A stretch of DNA of 64,000 nt from an uncultured delta proteobacterium (lineage in GTDB: Bacteria; Desulfobacterota; RBG-13-43-22): positions 19,017-83,016 of the forward strand of contig CAVUPH010000025.1 in assembly GCA_963743305.1 (NCBI GenBank), read 5' to 3'. Made by a program: the position numbers and the translations under genes. The notes beneath the pieces are model-generated. The model saw only the letters and a list, made by a program, of their open reading frames with translations. It ran no database searches and was not told the origin of the DNA. Shown in pieces: positions 59,943 to 64,000 of this stretch. Positions within the stretch are counted from its first letter, which is position 1. Every line of letters begins with the position of its first letter.

Positions 59943-60617
59943 ATGTACCGATTAGGACTTAAAGATAAAATGCCTCCGATAAAAAGACAACAAGCTTCGC
60001 AGGAGAAAAAAGCTAAGATAATCCAGACTACGTTGCAACTTCTCTTGAAGAAGGGCAATGCGGTCTCCACTTCCACGACGGCGGTCTGTGCCGCGGCCCG
60101 AGTGACGCAGCCCACGCTTTATCATTTTTTCGGAAGCAAACGAAATCTTCTTTTATCCGTTCATCTGGAGTCGATCGAGAGTACGCTGAAACCTTATTTG
60201 GAAAAGGCGTCCGCCATAGATGATCCCTTCGCCAGACTTCGCTTTATGGTCCGGACCTTTACCAAAGAGGTTATCTGTCTCCATCCGGAATTACGGGTCC
60301 TTATTCATGACACGCTCACTGTAAAAGATAAGCATTTTCGGCCGATTCGGGAGGCCTGGAAAAGGCATTACCTTCTGCTTCGGGACACCATCGCTGAATT
60401 GCAGAAAGCCAACAAAATAAGTGCGGAAGTTAAACCCTCCTGGGCAAGCCTCTTTGTGCTCGGTATGCTTACCTGGACCACGTATTGGTACGACTTTGAG
60501 AGGAAAACGGATACCGAGCGTATCGCCGATCAGGCCGAACAGTTTATTCTTCAGGGTTTAGGGATAAGAAAAGCCGGGGTTGGGAAAAAGAAGAGGGAGA
60601 TTACTGGAGAAAAGTAA
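59943..60617 (+). CDS. TetR-family regulator
   Basis: STTAVCAAARVTQPTLYHFFGSKRNLL; GMLTWTTYWY. Confidence 0.88.
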   Translation: MYRLGLKDKMPPIKRQQASQEKKAKIIQTTLQLLLKKGNAVSTSTTAVCAAARVTQPTLYHFFGSKRNLLLSVHLESIESTLKPYLEKASAIDDPFARLRFMVRTFTKEVICLHPELRVLIHDTLTVKDKHFRPIREAWKRHYLLLRDTIAELQKANKISAEVKPSWASLFVLGMLTWTTYWYDFERKTDTERIADQAEQFILQGLGIRKAGVGKKKREITGEK

Positions 60618-60730
60618 GGTGCCGGTCGTGAGCTGTATCCTCATGGGGGGGGATGGGCCGGATATTCTGAAAACGACGTCCAGGCTGTTGATGAAAAGGC
60701 AGACGGTTACCGCTTCGGGCGATCCGAAAT

Positions 60731-60860
60731 CTTACACCGGCCCCAACCCCAGCCTGCGGGCAATGATCCGTTTCATGATCTCCGTGGTGCCGGCGAAGAT
60801 GGAGGGGCTGCGGGTGTTCCGAATGAGACGGCTGATGCGGAATTCTTCCTTAGCGATGGC
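60731..60860 (-). pseudogene. Acyl-CoA dehydrogenase C-terminal remnant
   Basis: EEFRISRLIRNTRSPSIFAGTTEIMKRIIARRLGL. Confidence 0.7.
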
Positions 60861-61076
60861 CTCCCCTACTACCCCCCTGGTAACATTTAAATATGATTTA
60901 ATTGACCTGTCTTTTTAACCGAAGTCTTCTGGATAACCCTGCCATCCGGTTTCCATCCTGATCAAGGGGATCCTCCTTCTCCCTGATTATTTCGATTGCT
61001 CCGCCGAACTCTGCGTCCAGAAAGTTCAAAGGATCGCATTTTTTACTTGACATCTTTTTAAGGGGAAGATATGTGT

Positions 61077-61097
61077 AAAACATACCGGCTGGATGGT
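61077..61097. promoter_or_regulatory. TetR operator, copy 1
   Basis: AAAACATACCGGCTGGATGGT; a copy with one mismatch lies at 61820-61840. Confidence 0.7.
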
Positions 61098-61127
61098 TTT
61101 TTAATGAAGTGTTGCCCAGGGAAATAA

Positions 61128-61754
61128 ATGAGACCAGAATTAGACAAATTTGAGCGGTATACGGATAAAGGCAAGAAAAAAATTGATGAAATTTGCAAAG
61201 CGGCCTCCCAGGTTTTCTATGAAAAAGGTTTTTTATCCGCTACCTTAGCCGATATCTCGACCGCGGTCGGAACCACCAAAGGGAGCATCTTCCATTATTT
61301 CACCACCAAAGAAGAACTGCTCTTTCTGATCCTCTATCGTTACCACGAGTCTACCCTGGCCCAATTGAAACTGGAACTCACTGCTTCCCATTCTCCTCAT
61401 GAAAAGATAGCCACTTATATCAAAAACTTTATTATGGGCTACCGGGACCGACAGGTGGAATCCCGTTTGGCCCTCAACGAGCGGGTAAATCTCCCCTCGA
61501 ATTACCTGGAGGTCATCAAGGAAAAGGAACGGGAGTTCGTCAACATCCTGAGATCCCTGGTTGAAAATCTTCTGGAAAAAAAAGAACGGAACCGGAAGCA
61601 GATTACCTTGTTGACCTATTCGCTCCTAGGGATGTGCACCTGGCCCTACCGCTGGTTTGATCCGCGCGGAAAATTATCACCCGAGGAGTTGGCCCGAACC
61701 ATTTATAAAATGTTTGTGGGAGAGATAAGAATTCTAACTCCCCCTTCTCGATAA
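61128..61754 (+). CDS. TetR-family regulator
   Basis: AASQVFYEKGFLSATLADISTAVGTTKGSIFHYFTTKEELL; GMCTWPYRWF. Confidence 0.93.
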   Translation: MRPELDKFERYTDKGKKKIDEICKAASQVFYEKGFLSATLADISTAVGTTKGSIFHYFTTKEELLFLILYRYHESTLAQLKLELTASHSPHEKIATYIKNFIMGYRDRQVESRLALNERVNLPSNYLEVIKEKEREFVNILRSLVENLLEKKERNRKQITLLTYSLLGMCTWPYRWFDPRGKLSPEELARTIYKMFVGEIRILTPPSR

Positions 61755-61819
61755 GGCTATTTTCCCTATATCCTGAGATTCAGATGGCGCGTCTATAAGA
61801 AGAACAAAAGCGTCTAATT

Positions 61820-61840
61820 AAAACATACCGGCTGGCTGGT
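61820..61840. promoter_or_regulatory. TetR operator, copy 2
   Basis: AAAACATACCGGCTGGCTGGT upstream of the CoA ligase. Confidence 0.7.
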
Positions 61841-61932
61841 ATCTTAGTAACTTGGTTGGTGAAAATATCTTTGGCGCCCAACGCACCCATCGCCGGATCG
61901 ATGTACCTCCGGAAGGAAAGGATCCCGGATCA

Positions 61933-63537
61933 ATGAAAGACTACCCTCCCTATTACCGCACCTTGGGGAATATCCTGGAGGAGCAAGCCGAGTCTCGTGG
62001 AGACCAGGTGTTCTTGCAATATGAAGAGGACTGGACGGTTACTTACCGGATGGTGAACGAAACGGCCAACCGAATCGCCAACGGGCTGATCCGCCTGGGG
62101 GTGAAGAAGGAAGACAAGGTCGCTTTGTTTCTGCCCAATGGTCTGGAATGCCTCTATCTCTGGTTCGGCGTGTCCAAAGCCGGGGCCATCGATGTCCCCA
62201 TCAACCTGGCCAACAAAGGCCTGTTCCTTTCTCACCAAATCAGTGACTCCCAGGCTAAAATCCTCGTCATCGAAAACGGGCTCCTCGACCGGCTGCAACG
62301 GATTCAATCTGACCTGCCCCGGTTGGAGAAAGTGGTGGTCCTTTCGAAAAAATCCCCCAAGGCAGATACAGCCGGGCTTGAATTCGAGGTAGTGGACTAC
62401 GAGGACCTGATCCAGCATTCTGCCGCCAATCCTAAGGTCGAAATTAAACCGACCGACCTCCAGACCATCATCTATACGTCGGGCACTACCGGACCGGCCA
62501 AAGGCGTGATGGATCCTCACAGCAAAATAGCCCATTCCGCGCTGGAATATATCGAAGCGGTCAGGGCCACCAGGGAGGATGTATTTTTTACCTGCCTGCC
62601 GCTCTTCCACGCCAACGCCCGGATTCTCTGTATTTATCCAACCTTGCTTCTGGGGGCCAGGGTGGTGGTCTACGAAAAATTCAGTGCCACCCGGTTCTGG
62701 GACCAGATCAGGAAGGCCGGGGCCACGATCTTTAACTCCCTGGGCGCTATGGCCCATTTCATTTACAACCAGCCTCGGCAGGAAGACGATGCCAAGAATC
62801 CGGTGCGGATTTGCGCGGCCTTTCCCATGCCGGTCGCCATCTATGACGATTTCCAGAAAAGATACGACCTGAAAGTAACCGAAGGGTATGGGCTGACCGA
62901 GCTGGCCATTATCACCTACAACCCCTACGACTACCCTAAAAAGGGATCCTGCGGAAAAGAGACCAGCAGTTTCGAGGTCCGGATCGTCGATGAGAACGAC
63001 TTCCCCGTCCCCCCGGGAACGATGGGAGAAATCGTCGCCCGGGGTCGGGTGCCCTGGGTCACTTCCCTGGGTTATTGGAACAATCCCGAAAAAACCGTAG
63101 AATTGACGCGGAACCATTTTTATCATACCGGCGACGGCGGAATCCTGGATGAGGAGGGTTATCTCTACTTCAAAGACCGGATGAAGGACTATATCCGCAG
63201 GCGGGGTGAGAACATCTCCTCCTTTGAAATCGAAAGGGTGGTCAACGCTCACCCGCAGGTGATCGAGTCGGCGGCCGTCTCTGTAAAGTCGGAACTCTCC
63301 GAGGACGAGGTCAAAATATCCGTAGTTCTGACACCCGGGACCAAACCGACTCCGGAAGAACTCCTGACCTTTTGCGAAGAGCGGATGCCTTATTTTGCTG
63401 TTCCCCGGTATGTCGAGTTTGTGGACTGCTTGCCCAAAACCCCCAACGAAAAGATACAGAAAGGCAAATTACGTGAAGCCGGTATCACGCCGGAGACCTG
63501 GGACCGGGAAAAAGCTGGCTATCGGGTAAAGCGATGA
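61933..63537 (+). CDS. CaiC-like AMP-binding CoA ligase
   Basis: IYTSGTTGPAKG, LPLFHANA, EGYGLTE, IRRRGENISSFEIE, LPKTPNEKIQK. Confidence 0.93.
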   Translation: MKDYPPYYRTLGNILEEQAESRGDQVFLQYEEDWTVTYRMVNETANRIANGLIRLGVKKEDKVALFLPNGLECLYLWFGVSKAGAIDVPINLANKGLFLSHQISDSQAKILVIENGLLDRLQRIQSDLPRLEKVVVLSKKSPKADTAGLEFEVVDYEDLIQHSAANPKVEIKPTDLQTIIYTSGTTGPAKGVMDPHSKIAHSALEYIEAVRATREDVFFTCLPLFHANARILCIYPTLLLGARVVVYEKFSATRFWDQIRKAGATIFNSLGAMAHFIYNQPRQEDDAKNPVRICAAFPMPVAIYDDFQKRYDLKVTEGYGLTELAIITYNPYDYPKKGSCGKETSSFEVRIVDENDFPVPPGTMGEIVARGRVPWVTSLGYWNNPEKTVELTRNHFYHTGDGGILDEEGYLYFKDRMKDYIRRRGENISSFEIERVVNAHPQVIESAAVSVKSELSEDEVKISVVLTPGTKPTPEELLTFCEERMPYFAVPRYVEFVDCLPKTPNEKIQKGKLREAGITPETWDREKAGYRVKR

Positions 63538-63651
63538 CCCACCATCCGAGGCGAAGGGGTCCGACGACGCGATCCCGTGATATTCAAAAATACAAAGGTC
63601 GGGTCGGGTCAAGCACCTCTCCGACCCGCCACTGCCAGTAAGGGGGACAAG

Positions 63652-64000
63652 ATGAAAAAAGGAATTCCCTTTTGGGAAGGAGTCTTCGTGCAGGACGACG
63701 AAGGCGGGCGATTGCTCGGGAATAAATGCACCGCTTGCGGGAGGATCTATTTTCCCAAGGCGCCGTTCTGTTTTGAATGCCTGGCCCAGGACCTTGAGGA
63801 GGTCGCGTTGAGCCGCCGGGGAAAACTCTATTCCTACACGATCGGGCGACTGCCCGCGGCCCATTTTGAGCCGCCCTATGCCCTGGGCCTCATCGACTTG
63901 CCTGAGGGCCTGCGAGTGTTTGCCCCGCTCCAATTCTCCGAGGAGGAGTCCTATCGGATAGGAATGGAGATGGAAGTTACTATCGAGGGCTTATGGAAAG
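63652..64000 (+). CDS. Zn-ribbon/OB-fold (DUF35/ChsH2-like) protein, partial
   Basis: LLGNKCTACGRIYFPKAPFCFEC..GKLYSYTI..PYALGLIDLPEG; runs off the window end. Confidence 0.88.
   Translation, partial: MKKGIPFWEGVFVQDDEGGRLLGNKCTACGRIYFPKAPFCFECLAQDLEEVALSRRGKLYSYTIGRLPAAHFEPPYALGLIDLPEGLRVFAPLQFSEEESYRIGMEMEVTIEGLWK

Noticed and set aside
1-64000. CRISPR array, tRNA or rRNA genes
   Set aside because: No regularly spaced repeat-spacer series, cloverleaf or rRNA signature was found by eye. The repeats present are MITE/REP-like or intragenic.

Overview
This is a 64-kb stretch of a GC-rich bacterial chromosome. Gene content and intergenic repeats suggest an anaerobic deltaproteobacterium (Desulfobacterota-like; this is inference). 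Many single-base frameshifts between about 9 kb and 50 kb look like long-read indel errors. The backbone encodes acyl-CoA catabolism: acyl-CoA dehydrogenases, three CoA ligases, FadB/thiolase, a 4-hydroxybutyryl-CoA dehydratase-like protein, a CoA transferase, TRAP and ABC uptake, two xanthine-dehydrogenase-family Mo-enzyme clusters and TetR/IclR/NtrC regulators. Accessory content: (i) a MacAB-TolC/BaeSR efflux locus and a collapsed second copy, each linked to a sigma54-driven EF-hand protein gene; (ii) four intact toxin-antitoxin pairs plus orphan or truncated modules; (iii) an ~11-kb island bounded by two versions of the fadB 3' end, carrying a short prokaryotic Argonaute/TIR-APAZ (SPARTA-type) defence operon and a 1280-aa secreted protein with a CLCA-like metalloprotease domain; (iv) a degenerate integron-cassette cluster (RelE/ParD, an empty cassette, a DHFR-like gene); (v) MITE and REP elements and two structured leader RNAs. 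I found no rRNA, tRNA or CRISPR array. All assignments come from motif recognition by eye; no searches were run.
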